A stretch of DNA of 64,000 nucleotides from Hemiscyllium ocellatum (Eukaryota). This document shows, in pieces, positions 1-11,629 of the stretch; the first letter of the stretch is position 1; each line of letters starts with the position of its first letter. Position numbers and translations under genes: made by a program. The notes beneath the pieces were generated by a model. It made no database searches, was not told where the DNA came from, and was given only the letters and a program-made list of their open reading frames with translations. The stretch is taken from the NCBI RefSeq assembly GCF_020745735.1, contig NC_083439.1, positions 30,208,596 to 30,272,595 of the forward strand, written 5' to 3'.

Positions 1-960
1 TCCAAACTGTAACACCTCATACTGATCGATATTGAACTCCATTTGCAATTTCTCGGTGCACATGCTCAGTTGGGAGAAAGTGAGAACTGTAGATGCTGGA
101 GATCAGAGTCGGAAAGTGTGATGCTGTAAAGGTACAGTCAGTCAGGCAGCATCTGAGGAAAAAGAGAGACATCGTTTCAAGCGCAAACTCTTCATCAGGA
201 ATGAGTGGGTGCCCCCAAGGGGGCTGAGATATAATTGGGATGGGGTGGGGCTGGGAGGAGGGGAAATAAGGAAACTGGTGAAATCGACATGATCCAATGA
301 CATGAGATCATGGTAACCTCCTTCGCTGACAACTACACCTCCAATTTTGGTGTCATCTGCAAACTTACTAATGATACCTCCCATGTTCACATCCAAATCA
401 TTTATACAAATGACAAAAAGCACCGATCCTTATGGCACACCACTGGTCACAGGCCTCCACTCTGAAAAACAATCCTCCACTACTACCCTGTGTCTTTTAC
501 CTTCCAGCCAGTTCTGTATCCACATCCCTGTATACTATTAGATGTAACATTGCTAACCAGTCACTCATGAGGCACTTTGTTGAATGCCTTGCCGAAGTCC
601 ATACAGATTACATCCACCACACTGCTCTCATCAATCCTCTGTATTACGTCTTCAAAAAAGTCAATCAATTTTATGAGAAATGATTTCTCTCCCACAAAGC
701 TATGCTGACTATCCCTAATCAGTCTTTGGCTTACCAAATACATGAAACTCATGTCCCTCAGGATTCCCTCCTATAACTTGCCCACTATCGATGCCAAGCT
801 GACTAGTCTGTAGTTCCCTGGCTTTTCCTGACCACCTTTCCTAAATAGTGACAACACATTAGCCAACCTCCAGTCTTCTAGTACCTCAAATGTCGATGAT
901 AAAAATTTCTTAGCAAGAGGCCCATCAATTACTTCCTGAGCTTTCCACAGAGTTCCAGGG
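1..960 (-). mobile_element. CR1-clade LINE RT fragment (degenerate), with a Penelope tail fragment nested at ~70-300
   Basis: Translations [31 protein letters not shown]; paralog of 12417-13376. Confidence 0.85.
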
Positions 961-1232
961 AACCCATTCCCTTACCCTATTACTCTACATGTTCCCTGAC
1001 TAATGCACTTATCTTATACAGCCCTGAACACTAACAGTAATTTACCAATGCTAACCCACCTAACCTGCACATCTTTGGGACAGTGGGAGGAAACCAGAGC
1101 ACCCAGAGTAAATCCACACAGACACAACGAGAATGTGCAAACTCCACACAGAGCGTCGCCTGAGACTGGAATCGAACCCATGTCCCTGGTACTGTGAGGC
1201 AGCAGTGCTAACCACTGTGCCACCGTGCTGCC
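961..1232 (-). mobile_element. HE1-like tRNA-derived SINE
   Basis: A box TGGCACAGTGG, B box GGTTCGATTCC, core TGTGTGGAGTTTGCACATTCTC...GATGTGCAGGTTAGG. Confidence 0.85.
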
Positions 1233-1271
1233 CAGCGTCCCTTTTAGAATGAATGTAAAATTCTCTCAACA

Positions 1272-1497
1272 CCCTGCGCCTGCATCTACCTATCACCATC
1301 CCAGCTATCTTTCTCCCCAACCTCTAACCTTCTATTTATCTCTCAGCCCCCTTTCCCGACCTATAATCCTGATGAAGTTCTTATACCCGAAACAGTGACT
1401 CTCCTGCTCCTCAGATGCTGCATGACCTGCTGTACTTTTCAGGGACCATATACTTTGACTGTGATCTCCAGAATCTGCAATCCTGACTTTCTCCCTC
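1272..1497 (+). mobile_element. Penelope-like 3' tail fragment with decayed HHR core (paralogs ~13945-14168 +, ~26340-26600 +, ~37595-37830 -, ~48485-48700 -, ~57840-58100 -)
   Basis: CTGATGAA...CGAAAC at ~1369-1393, followed by the GATGCTGC-GACCTGCTGT-TGATCTCCAG-ATCTGCA tail. Confidence 0.65.
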
Positions 1498-1579
1498 AAC
1501 ACCATCCCCCAACAAACTCCACCAGAGCAAGGTCAGCGTGGGACTCGATACATGAGCTTCCTCTGCTCATTTTCACTGA

Positions 1580-1830
1580 ACAGAAAGCTGTCTCTACACT
1601 TTTAAACTAAATGTACAGCTACACTGTCTGCATCAAATACTTTCAATCCAGTGACCTCACTGGGTTAGAAATGGAGTAATAGATTCTACTCTTTACAAGG
1701 AAAGTGAAAGTAAAGCTCTCCCTGCATTGTCCCGATCAAACATTCCCCTGACAGGGACATGACAAGTTTAGATACAGAATAAAGCTTCGTCCATATTGCC
1801 TCCATCAAACACTTCCAGGGGAAGGTGTAA
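1580..1830. repeat. Degenerate ~69-bp tandem repeat upstream of each ZP3 promoter (also ~14250-14500, 26685-27052, 37155-37525, 48225-48400, 57385-57755)
   Basis: Recurring AAAGCT..C..CA.TGTCC..ATCAAACA.T.CC...GACAG..TTAGATACAGA; AAAGCT at 1712 and 1781 gives a period of 69. Confidence 0.65.
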
Positions 1831-2016
1831 TATAAGGTCAATCCCTTTGTTCTGCCCAAACCCCATCCTCAGACAATCTCTCTGTGGGTCTCACTGTCAG
1901 TCCCCTCAGGTGAGGGTGGACAGGACCCAGCAGACACCATCCTGGATCAATGAGCTCCGTTTGATGATTGTCTTCATGCGGCCTTCACCGTGAGACCTTG
2001 TGGAGCTGAATTCAGT

Positions 2017-2198
2017 CAGGTGACAGCACAGCAGCTCACAGCCACTCCTATTGGTCCAAATGAAATAGGCCCTCCTGGTAATAACTCGATGAGTTCAGTC
2101 ATTGGTGGACATTGTAGAGATTGGGGCTGGTTGATTGGTTCAATGTTGCTGCTTCTGGTCACATTGGTGTCAGGTGAATGCAGGTTGTGTGTATAAAA
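2017..2198 (+). promoter_or_regulatory. ZP3 copy 1 proximal promoter (E-boxes, 5 inverted CCAAT, TATA)
   Basis: CAGGTG at 2017-2022 and 2171-2176; ATTGG at 2050, 2101, 2120, 2134, 2163; TATAAAA at 2192-2198, 52 nt before the ATG. Confidence 0.75.
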
Positions 2199-2243
2199 GG
2201 AGTTGGTTGGGGGTGTGTGGGGATGGTTGAGTTGTTTGTGATC

Positions 2244-5035
2244 ATGGGTGATTTTGTAGTGAGGGGTTTGTTCCCTTTCTTGGTGTTAGTTGGAGGTGTC
2301 TGCTGCTCTGAAACATGGCAACAGTTTCTGAGCCAGAGGTTTCCATGGACAATAGTGAGAGCCAGTCCTGTTCCTGAGAGAGTACCTCCTTATGAGGGTC
2401 CTATTGCTTCCAGTTTCCGAATGTCTGAGGTTGGGAGCGTGGCCCCACTGCAGACTGTGATGGTGCAGTGTGGAGAGCACAACCTGCTGGTCAGGGCCCA
2501 GCTGGATTTATTTGGAACTGGGCACCTGATTAAAGCTGCTGACCTGACCCTGGGGACAGCAGGTTGTCAGCCAACCAGGGTCTACCCTGAGAACCAGACT
2601 GTCCTCTTTGACTATGGGCTACATGAGTGTGGTAGTAGATTGCAGGTAATGGGGCTTGTCTACTCTTGTGGGAAGCTTGGGCTGTCCAGGTTTTCCTGGA
2701 TGTGGTGATGTTGATATTGAGGAGGGGCTAGACTAAATTCTCAAATTGTCAGACTAAGTTCCTATCTTGGATTGTACTGTACCTGAACTGTTTTCCATTT
2801 CTAACCTTGTGCTCCTATTCTCATTGTGTAATCAGAAGCCTCTAAACCGTTGTTCTGTTAGAATGTACGTTTTGTCAATATGTATTTGGCCTGTAGTTCA
2901 AACTGTTTTGATTTCATTCTGGTTAACTATTGTTTTCTCTACTTTTCCTATCTTGTGCACCCTGTATATTATTGCCTCACATTGCTATTAATCTCTCCAC
3001 ATATTCTACTTGTAATCTCTGATCACAATCTGAAAGTTTCATGATAACATCGGGAGATGATGGCCAAAAGATCCCTGCAGCCTCTTCCCTGTGATAACAA
3101 TCACCATATCACTGTTCCCTCAATATTGATCTCTAATTCTGCCTCAGACACCAACACAACCTTCATTCAGCCAATGTTTGGATCAGGAATTCCCATCTTG
3201 ACATCTACAATGATGTCACACCTTGTTAAATTGAACCTAAATGACTGACCCCTGACCTGTCTACTAGAGGTCTCTAGTAGTGGTCCCTTGTGCTTGGGGT
3301 GGGAAAGCAGTCTCCTGGCCCTGAAACTGTTACTTGCCCTAAAGAATTGTCCCAATGTGACAGTGTCATTGTGAACCCTGTGTAGATCCTTATTTCGGAT
3401 CAGTCCCTCATTCCTTACCCTGGTGTCTTCCAGATGACTGGAGATTTCCTGATCTACACCACCCACCTGACCTACATCCCAAACTATCCTGGATCTGTCA
3501 TTGTGAGAACAAATGGAGCTGTTGTTCCCATTGAATGTCAGTATTTCAGGTGAAAATCTTTACTCGATTGTCAGTATGATCCCCTGCTGCTGTTGTTTGA
3601 CACTATTCTAAAATGGCTGCCCTGTCTCCTTTTCCTGCCCTCAGGAAGGGCAATGTGAGCAGCAATCCCATCAAGCCCACCTGGATCCCATTCAGCTCCA
3701 CCAGGTCTGGAGAAGGGCATCTGTCATTCTCTCTGCGTCTAATGAATGGTATGTGATGGGTGGCTGGGGAGGGATCTCCTGATGGCTCTCTGGGAGTTGT
3801 ACCCATTGGTTCCAACCCTTGTCTTGCTGTACTTCAGATGATTGGCTTACAGAGCGCACTTCTACTGTCTACTTCCTGGGAGACCTCATTCACATTGAGG
3901 CATCTGTTTCAATGGCCAACCATGTGTCCCTGAAGCTGTACATTGATCGCTGTGTAGCCACACTGAGCCCAGACAAGGACTCCACCCCAAGATACAGCAT
4001 CATTGACTACAATGGGTAAGGAGCTCTCTGCTTTCTCCAGCTGCTCCCATCTCAATGGCTTCACTCCATTCACTTCATGGCCCTTTGTCCATCTGCAGTT
4101 GCCTCCTGGACAGCAAAGCTGAGGACTCCTTTTCAACCTTTGTGTTGCCGAGAGACGGGCGGGAGCCAGACAAGCTCCAGTTTGCCCTGGATGCCTTCCG
4201 TTTCTATGGAGATGAGCGTTCCTTGGTAAGAGGAAGCTGCTGATGGGTTTCTCCACATTGGGGAGGGAGTCACTAAACACTGACTTGTTCTGACTGTGTC
4301 CATCAGATGTTCATCACCTGTCACCTGAGAGTTGCTGCAGTGGATCAGGGAGATTCCAGGAACAAAGCTTGTACTTTCCAGAAGCTGGAGCGTATGTAAG
4401 TTCCCTCTCCCTGCCCCTCAGGGATGTTGTTGTTGGGAGAGGTGATGCACCATGTGGTTGATGGGCTGTTTCTCTTGTTTAGCTGGACCCCATTGGAGGG
4501 GTCAGACAGTGACATTTGTGCCTGTTGCCATGTGGGGAATTGTGGGAGCACAAGGGAGATCCTGATCCCTTTCAGAGGAAGGAGAGACCTTGGCGCTGAA
4601 GCTGGTAGGACATTCACCCTCTAGATGTTCGGATTACCCCCCCCGCCCCCACCCCCCCGCCCATCCCCACCACCCCTTCCTGACTGGTATGTTTGTTGCA
4701 GAGAGTGAAGCTGGATTGAAGTGGGAGGGGGAGGCCTCACTTGGCCCCCTGATCGTTCTGGATACTGAGCTGACCAACCTGGCAACGCAGCCCCTGACTG
4801 AAGGTGATGGAAGGATTCAGGAGAGGTCTCCAAGCGGTGAGTTGGCTGCCTGCTGGTTTCCCTTTCTGTCCCTGTTTTCCCTCAGTAACCATTGGTTTCT
4901 CCTTGTTTTGTAGGTGTGGAGTCAGAGCTGGTTGTGATGGTGGTCCTGACTGTGACAGCTGTCTGTCTGATCTCTGCTTCATTGCTGGCCTTCCTCCTGT
5001 ACAGGAGACACAAGCAAACACCCATCAACTGGTGA
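2244..5035 (+). CDS. ZP3: ZP3-like (ZPC) egg-coat glycoprotein, copy 1, intact, 9 exons, 464 aa
   Basis: Exons 2244-2645, 3434-3549, 3645-3748, 3838-4015, 4099-4225, 4307-4395, 4483-4604, 4702-4836, 4914-5035; all introns GT-AG, phases consistent, 1395 nt open. Signal peptide [25 protein letters not shown] Cys: VQCGE, AGCQP, HECGS, IECQY. Linker [25 protein letters not shown] Cys: DRCVA, GCLLD, ITCHL, KACTF. ZP3-specific [10 protein letters not shown], furin site RGRR (4574-4585), [38 protein letters not shown]. Symbol denotes the family, not one-to-one orthology. Confidence 0.93.
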
Positions 5036-5046
5036 TTGAAATAGTC

Positions 5047-5052
5047 AATAAA
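5047..5052 (+). terminator. Polyadenylation signal, copy 1
   Basis: AATAAA 11 nt after the stop codon, followed by GT-rich sequence. Confidence 0.75.
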
Positions 5053-5639
5053 GCAGTGATTCATGGTGTCTGGAGCTGGTTTGTTTCTGCATCCTTTCTT
5101 AGTTTAAAATATTCTTGGGTACAATCCCTGGGTTGACCCTCTCCAGTCCATGAAGTGGCTTTCTGATTGATTGGGTTATGGAAGATTATTGTTTGCTCCT
5201 TCCAGTGAGTAGAGGGGATTGATGACCACCTTGGAAAGGGGCTTTCCATTCTGATTAAATCACTGTTTGCAGAATGTGCTGGAGTAACAACTCTGTGGCA
5301 TTGAGGGTGAAACTGCTGGTGCTTCTAGTCTGTTCTGACACTTTTCAGAAATGCCCAAGTGGATTCCCAATGTTACCATCTCCTGAGGTGCTGCCAGTCC
5401 TGTTTGTGAATTGTTCCCCCTCTGATTTCTGTCCTCTACAGTATTGGGATATCAAACAGGTGGGCTGGAAATTATCATGCCCCTGAACCACAAAGCTGTG
5501 CTGGCAAGTCCTGTAGGGTTGTGGTCATTTGGATGAATAGAAATGTAATTTTGAATAGTGATAGCCTAATCTTCTGGTAAGAGTTGAAGTTATTAAACTC
5601 TTCACTCTAGAAAGGGTATGTATTTTAAGACATCAACCA

Positions 5640-6345
5640 CAACCTCTAATTGGGCTTATACAAGATATCATCATCCACTTCCCACCCCTTCCATGCACTC
5701 CAAGGTAAACACTGAACTGTTCAGCCTCCTGGAAGCACAAGCTGGTACTGGTTCACTACTCCATCTAATGAAGGAACAAGTGTGTAATGGTGCCAGTGCA
5801 GCTGCACATGTCAGGTCCATGCAGGTGTGAATGGCTATCCCTTTGCTCTGACAGTTGTTCCACCAACTTGTGGAATACCTCTGGGTCACCAATCACCCCA
5901 CCACCCTGTGGCTGCACTCTCAAACTTCCCCCTTCACCCTCTAAGAACATGCAAGTCCTGGGCTGTTTTGGCTGCAAAGTTCTAGCCACCTGCAACTAGA
6001 GGAAGAACATATCATCTTCCACCTTTAGCACCCTCCAACCTGATGAGATCAATGTGGACTTTACCAGTTCTGGTCTTGCTCCCCATCCCAGATCCAACTT
6101 TATAACTCAGCACAGTCCAACATCTCTACCTTCCTTCCCACCTATCACCAGCTGTCCCGGCCTTCATCTCCCTGTTGTATTCCTAGCTGCCTTTCACCCA
6201 GACCCACTTCCTTCCACATATCTATCAACTGCCTTGGAGCCTTTTCCCACATTCCCCATAGATGTTGTGTGTTCCTTGGATGCTGCCTGACTGTCTGTGC
6301 TTTTCCAGTACCATGTGGTTTGGTTCTGCATTCTCACTTTCTCCC
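5640..6345 (+). mobile_element. Penelope-like element remnant (GIY-YIG C-terminus plus 3' tail)
   Basis: Decayed reading ..NMQVLG..EEHIIF..TLQPDEINVDFTS, resembling the PLE endonuclease C-terminus (recalled consensus LIFRLGTLQPxGINVDF), then the GATGCTGCCTGAC tail. Confidence 0.7.
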
Positions 6346-7068
6346 TGGCCCAATAGTCATATCCAATAAACCCCCTCCCCCATCTTCACTAACGGTAAAC
6401 TCAGACAACACGTTGTCTTTCTTACACTCTTCCTGCTATTGGAGTTGCGCCTCCATCCCCCACCTGCCCAGTTTTTATTTGTCAATGGGGATGAGGTTTT
6501 TAAAAAAAAACTCCCATTTCTAGGCTCCAGCAGCTGCTGAAAGCTAAATCTAGTAATTCTACTTCTGCAGGCTGGATTGCACCCATTCAGGCTGCTTCTA
6601 TTGTTCCAATTTCTTAAACCCCAAGGCCTCATAAGCTGTTTACGTTACTGGTTTCTAATAGAGAGCTCCCTGCCTTTGCCTCCAAGTTTCTTTCAAAAAA
6701 GCTAGGACAAAATGTAATTCTAAAAATGATAGTACTGTCACATGCTGAAGACTCTGGAAGGCACTTACTGTCAGGACTAAAACCAAGATACTGCCCTGGC
6801 TGGGCATCTGAAGCATACCACAAAATATTGGGGAAAAACCAAGGTGGTCTGGCAGCATCTGAGAGATCATGCTAAACTTTCAAAAGTCACACCCAACATG
6901 AACTGTTTCCACAGCCTCTAAGATTTCTCTTGCATTCTCGCTGGCAGCATAGTAGTGCAGTGGTTAGCACTGCTGCATCATCGCACCAAGGACCTGGGTT
7001 CGATCCCAACATTCGCCGACGATCTGTGTGGAACTCTCCCTGTATCTACGTGGATTTTCTCCCACAAT

Positions 7069-9927
7069 ATGCTGCCTAAATGGAAGGGAGATGAAGTCGG
7101 GGTGTGGTTAGGAACATGTGACTGGGACACCATCACAATTACTGAAACATGGCTCAGTGATGGATAGGACTGGCAGCTTGAAGGTTTTTTTTTAGATTAG
7201 ATTAGATTAGAAACTGGAGCACCGGGAAGAAACCCACTCAGACACGGGGAGAACGTGCAAACTCCACACAGTCAGTCACCTGAGTCGGGAAATACAAATG
7301 TGTCAGGAAGGAAGGCAAGAGAGGAGGGGGGAGTGATGTTTTTGATAAGGGATGTCATTGTGGTTGTACTGTGGGAAGGTATACTTGAAAATACATCCAG
7401 GGAAGTTGTCTGGGTTGAACTGAGAAATAAGAAAGAGATGGTCACTTTATTGTATTGTAGACCCCCTAGTCATCAGAGGGAAACTGAGAAACAAATTTGT
7501 AAGGATATCTGTGAGAATAATAGAGTGGTTATGGTAGGGGATTTTAACTTTCCAAACATAACACTATGGCAGTCCCAGTCTAAGGGTTCAGATGGAGAGG
7601 AATTTGTGAAGTGTGTACAAGAAAATTTGCTGATTCATTATGTCGATGAACCTACGAGAGAAGTTGCAAAAATTGACTACTTTTGGGAAACGGGGAGCAT
7701 TTTGGGGCCAGCGACCGTAATTCTATTAGATTTAAAATAGTGATGGAAAAGGATAGACCAGATCTAAAAGTTGAAGTTCTAAATTAACGAAAGGCCAATT
7801 TTGACAGTTTTCAGCAAGAACCTTCAAACACTGATTGGAGGCAGATTTTCGCAGGGGAAGGGACAGCTTGAAAATGGGAAGCCTTTAGAAATGAGAGAAT
7901 GAGAATCCAGAGAAAATATATTCGTGTTTGGGTGAAAGGAAAGGCTGGGAGGTATAGGGAATGCTGTATATCTACAGAAATTGAGAGTTTGGTTAAGAAA
8001 AAGAAGGCGGCATGTGTCAGGAATAGACAGGATAGATCAATGAATCCTTCAAAGAGTATAAAGGAAGTAGGAATAAAGTTAAGAGGAAAATCAGGAGGGC
8101 AAAAAGGGGACATGAGACAGCTTTGGCAAATAGAGTAAAGGAGAATCCAAAGGGTTTTTACAAATACATAAAGGACAAAAGGGTAACTAAGGAGAGAACT
8201 GGGCCCCTCAAAGTACAGCAAGGCGACCTTTGTGTGGAGCCGCAGGAGATGGGGGAGATACTAAACAAATATTTTGCATCAGTATTTACTGTGGAAAAGA
8301 ATCTAGGGAAATAGATGGTGACATGTATTGAAAAATGTCCACATTACAGAGGAGGAAGTGATGGATGTCTTGAAATGCATAAAAGTGGGTAAATCACCAG
8401 GACCTGATCAGGTATTCCCCAGAATTTTGTGGGAAGCTAGGGAAGTGATTGCTGGTCACCTTGTAACCTTGATAATCACAGGTGAGGTGCTGGTAGACTG
8501 GAGTTTGGCTAATGTGGTGCCACTGTTTAAGAAAGGTGGTAAGGACAAGCCAGGGAACTATAGACCAGTGAGCCTGATCTCGGTGGTGGGCAAGTTGTTG
8601 AAGGGAATGCTGAGGGACAGGATGTACATATATTTGGAAAGGCAACGACTGATTAGGAAAAGTCAACATGGCTTTATACGTGGGAAATCATGTCTCACAA
8701 ACTTGATTGAGTTTTTTGAACAAGTAACAAAGAGGATTGATGAGGGCAGAGTGGTAGATGAGATCTAGATGGACTTCAGTAAGGCCTTCGACAAGTATCC
8801 CCATGGGAGACTGATTAGCAAGGTTAGATCTTATAGAATACAGGGAGAACTAGCCATTTGGATACAGAACTGGCTCAAAGGTAGAAGATAGAGGGTGATG
8901 GTGGAGGGTTGATTTTGAGACTGGAGACCTGTGACCAATGGAGTGCATCAAGGATCAGTGGTGGGTCCATTACTTTTCATCATTTATATAAATGATTTGG
9001 GTGTGAGCATACAAGGTATAGTTCGTAATTTTGCAGATGACACCAAAATTGGAGGTATAGTGCACATTGAAGAAGGTTACCTCAGAGTACAATGGGATCT
9101 TGATCAGATGGGCCAATGGACTGAGAAGTGGCAGATGGAGTTTAATTTAGATAAATATGAGGTGCTGCATTTTGGCAAAACAAGTTTTAATAGGACTTCT
9201 ACACTTAATGGTAAGGTCCTAGGGAGTGTTGCTGAACAGAGACCTTGGAGTCCAGGTTCAGAGCTCCTTGAAATTGGAGTCATAGGTGGATAGGATAGTG
9301 AAGAAGGCATTTGGTATGCTTTCCTTTATTGGCCAGAGTATTGAATACAGAATTTGGAAGGTCATGTTGCAGCTGTACAGGCCATTGGTTAGGCCACTGT
9401 TGGAATATTGCATGCAATTCTGGTCTCCTTCCTATCAGAAAGATGTTGTGAAACATGAAAGGGTTGAGAAAGGATTTACAAGGATTTTGCCAGGTTTGGT
9501 GGATTTGAGCTATAGGGAGAGGTTGAACAGGCTGGGGCGGCTTTCCCTGGACCGTTGGAGGCTGAGGGGTGACCTTATAGAGGTTTACAATATCATGAGA
9601 TGTGTGGATAGGGTAAATAGACAAAGTCTTTTCGCTTGGGTGGGGGAGTCCAGAACTAGAGGGCGTAGGTATAGGGTGAGATGGGAAAGATATGAAGGAG
9701 ACCCTAGCGACAACTGTTCCACGCAGAGGGTGGTACGTGTATGGAACGAGCTGCCAGAGGAAGTGGTGGAGGCTGGTACAATTGCAACTTTTAAAAGGCA
9801 TCTGGATGGGTATACAAATAGGAAGGGTTTGGAGGGATATGGGCTGGGTGCTGGCAGGTGGGACTGGTTTGGATTCGGATATCTGGTCAAGTTGGACAAG
9901 TTGGACCGAAGGGTCAGTTTCCATGCT
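7069..9927 (+). mobile_element. CR1 LINE ORF2 (APE + RT), 5'-truncated and frameshifted, inserted into a SINE (head ~6943-7068, remainder ~9928-10110)
   Basis: [63 protein letters not shown]; multiple stops and frameshifts. Confidence 0.92.
7184..7291 (-). mobile_element. Internally deleted SINE fragment with (TCTAA)n tail, specific to unit 1
   Basis: TTAGATTAGATTAG plus SINE core; absent at the paralogous site ~19840. Confidence 0.75.
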
Positions 9928-10339
9928 ATGTGCAGGTTAAGTTAACTGGCTATGCTAAATGGAACATTGTGTTCAGGGATGATTAGGTTAGGTGCATTAG
10001 TCAGGGGTAAATGTAGAGTAAGGGGATGGGTCTGGGTGGCTTACTTTTCAGAGGGTCAGTATGGACTTGTTGGGCTGAATGGCTTGTTGCCACAGAGTAC
10101 GGATTCTATGTTAATTAAACTCATGATTCCTTGACACTAATGTCTATCACTGAGCCATCTGTCTGAGGTTCAGACTTCTGTCTACAGGTGGGTGGAACAA
10201 GCGGTATAATGGTATGTTACTGAGACACGAATTCAGTGAGTCGGGTTAATCATCTGAGGCTGGGGGCTCATATCTCGTTGTAGTCGCGGATGGATTTTTC
10301 TGTTCTATCTTTTTAGCAAGTATCTAATCTCAGTTATTG

Positions 10340-11625
10340 TGACTGTGAAACTAATCTTTTATAAAATCTCATCTCATTCACAATTCCCATTAGTGAAGGA
10401 AATCTACCCTCGTGACCTGGTCTGGCCTAAATGTGACTCCAGACCCACAGCAATGTCGCTGATTCTGAAATAGCTGAGCAAACCAATCACATCAAGGGCA
10501 ATTAGGGACAGGCAACAGATCCCAGCCATGACAGAGAAGCCACAGGATGTTAATTGTGAGGGATTGAGCAATGGCAATGTCATGGAAACTGTCATGGTGT
10601 GATAGTGAGATTTTCCCTTGTTGGAGACAGTCATTGCCTGACAGTTGTGTGTTCTGAATGTGAATGTTGTTCAGGTCTTGCTGCATTTGAACAGGGACTG
10701 TTTCAGTATCTGTGACGTTGTCAATGGGGCTGAACATTGGGCAATCATGAGCAAACATCTCCATTTCTGACATTCTGATGGAGGGAAGGTCTGTGATGGA
10801 GCAGTTGACATGGACTGTGTCTAAGAGAGTACCTTGAGGGACTCTGGCAAAGATGTCCTGGGAATGTGGTGATTGAATATTGATCACTAGAACCATCTTT
10901 CTTTGTGCTGGGCATGACTCCTACCAACAAAGAGGTTTTTCTCATCCCACTGAGTTGAATTTTCCTTGGGACCCTTTGGTAAATTGTTCAATCAAATTCT
11001 GCCTTGGTCTTAAAGCAGTCACCCTCACTTCCCCTCTTTACGTTCAGCTCTTTTACTCATTTGGACCAAGCTGCACTGACATCAGGAGCTGGGTAGCCCT
11101 GGTGGAACACAGACTGAGCATCAGTGACCAGGTTGGTGTGGAGGACATGTGCCTTGATAACACTGTTGACAAAACCTTCCATCACTTCACTTGTGACTGA
11201 GAGTGGATTGGTGGGGGAGGAATTGGCAAGGTTGGGTTTGTCCCACTTTTTAGCTACAGGTCACTATTGGGCAATTATCTCCATTTCCAGGTAGATGCTG
11301 CAGTTGTAGCTGTACTGGAACAGAATGGATAGGGACACGGCCCATTCAGGATTACAGCTCTTTCACCTTATTCCCACAATGTTAGTCAGGGTGCATTGGC
11401 TTCACAGTATCCAATATTGGCAGCTGTTTCTCGATGTCACGTGGAGTCAATAGTACTGACTGAAGACAGGCATCGGTGATTCTGGGGACTACAATGGGTT
11501 TTCCCTTTGGATATTTCTGGCTGCAGATAGTTGCAAATGCTTCAGCCTTATCCTTTGTGCTGGGTTCCCTCCATCATTGAGGGTGGGGACATTTGTGGAA
11601 CCAACTCCTCTTGGCTATTTTTAAA
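10340..11625 (-). mobile_element. Older, distinct CR1-clade LINE RT fragment
   Basis: VPQGTLL...ITDLPSIRMSEMEMFAHDC, a decayed GVPQGS...INDLP...FADD. Confidence 0.75.
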
Positions 11626-11629
11626 TTCA

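Noticed and set aside
1165-1232. tRNA-like sequences with A/B boxes
   Set aside because: They are SINE heads followed by SINE core; no complete cloverleaf.
1580-1830. CRISPR-like or prokaryotic repeat array
   Set aside because: Eukaryotic context, degenerate tandem units without unique spacers, no cas genes.
2178-2243. Upstream start codons of the ORF track (MQVVCIK..., and ATG 2223 MVELFVI)
   Set aside because: The first overlaps the TATA box. ATG 2223 lies about at the expected TSS and is GTG in intact copy 6. ATG 2244 directly begins the signal peptide.
4804-5136. Cys-rich ORF ([18 protein letters not shown]) resembling a small disulfide protein
   Set aside because: Alternate frame of the Val/Leu-rich TM exon (GTG/CTG codons give TGT/TGC); conservation is explained by ZP3.
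7069-9945. Possible active or domesticated reverse transcriptase
   Set aside because: All CR1 copies are 5'-truncated with many stops and frameshifts, several shared between cassettes, so they were dead before duplication.
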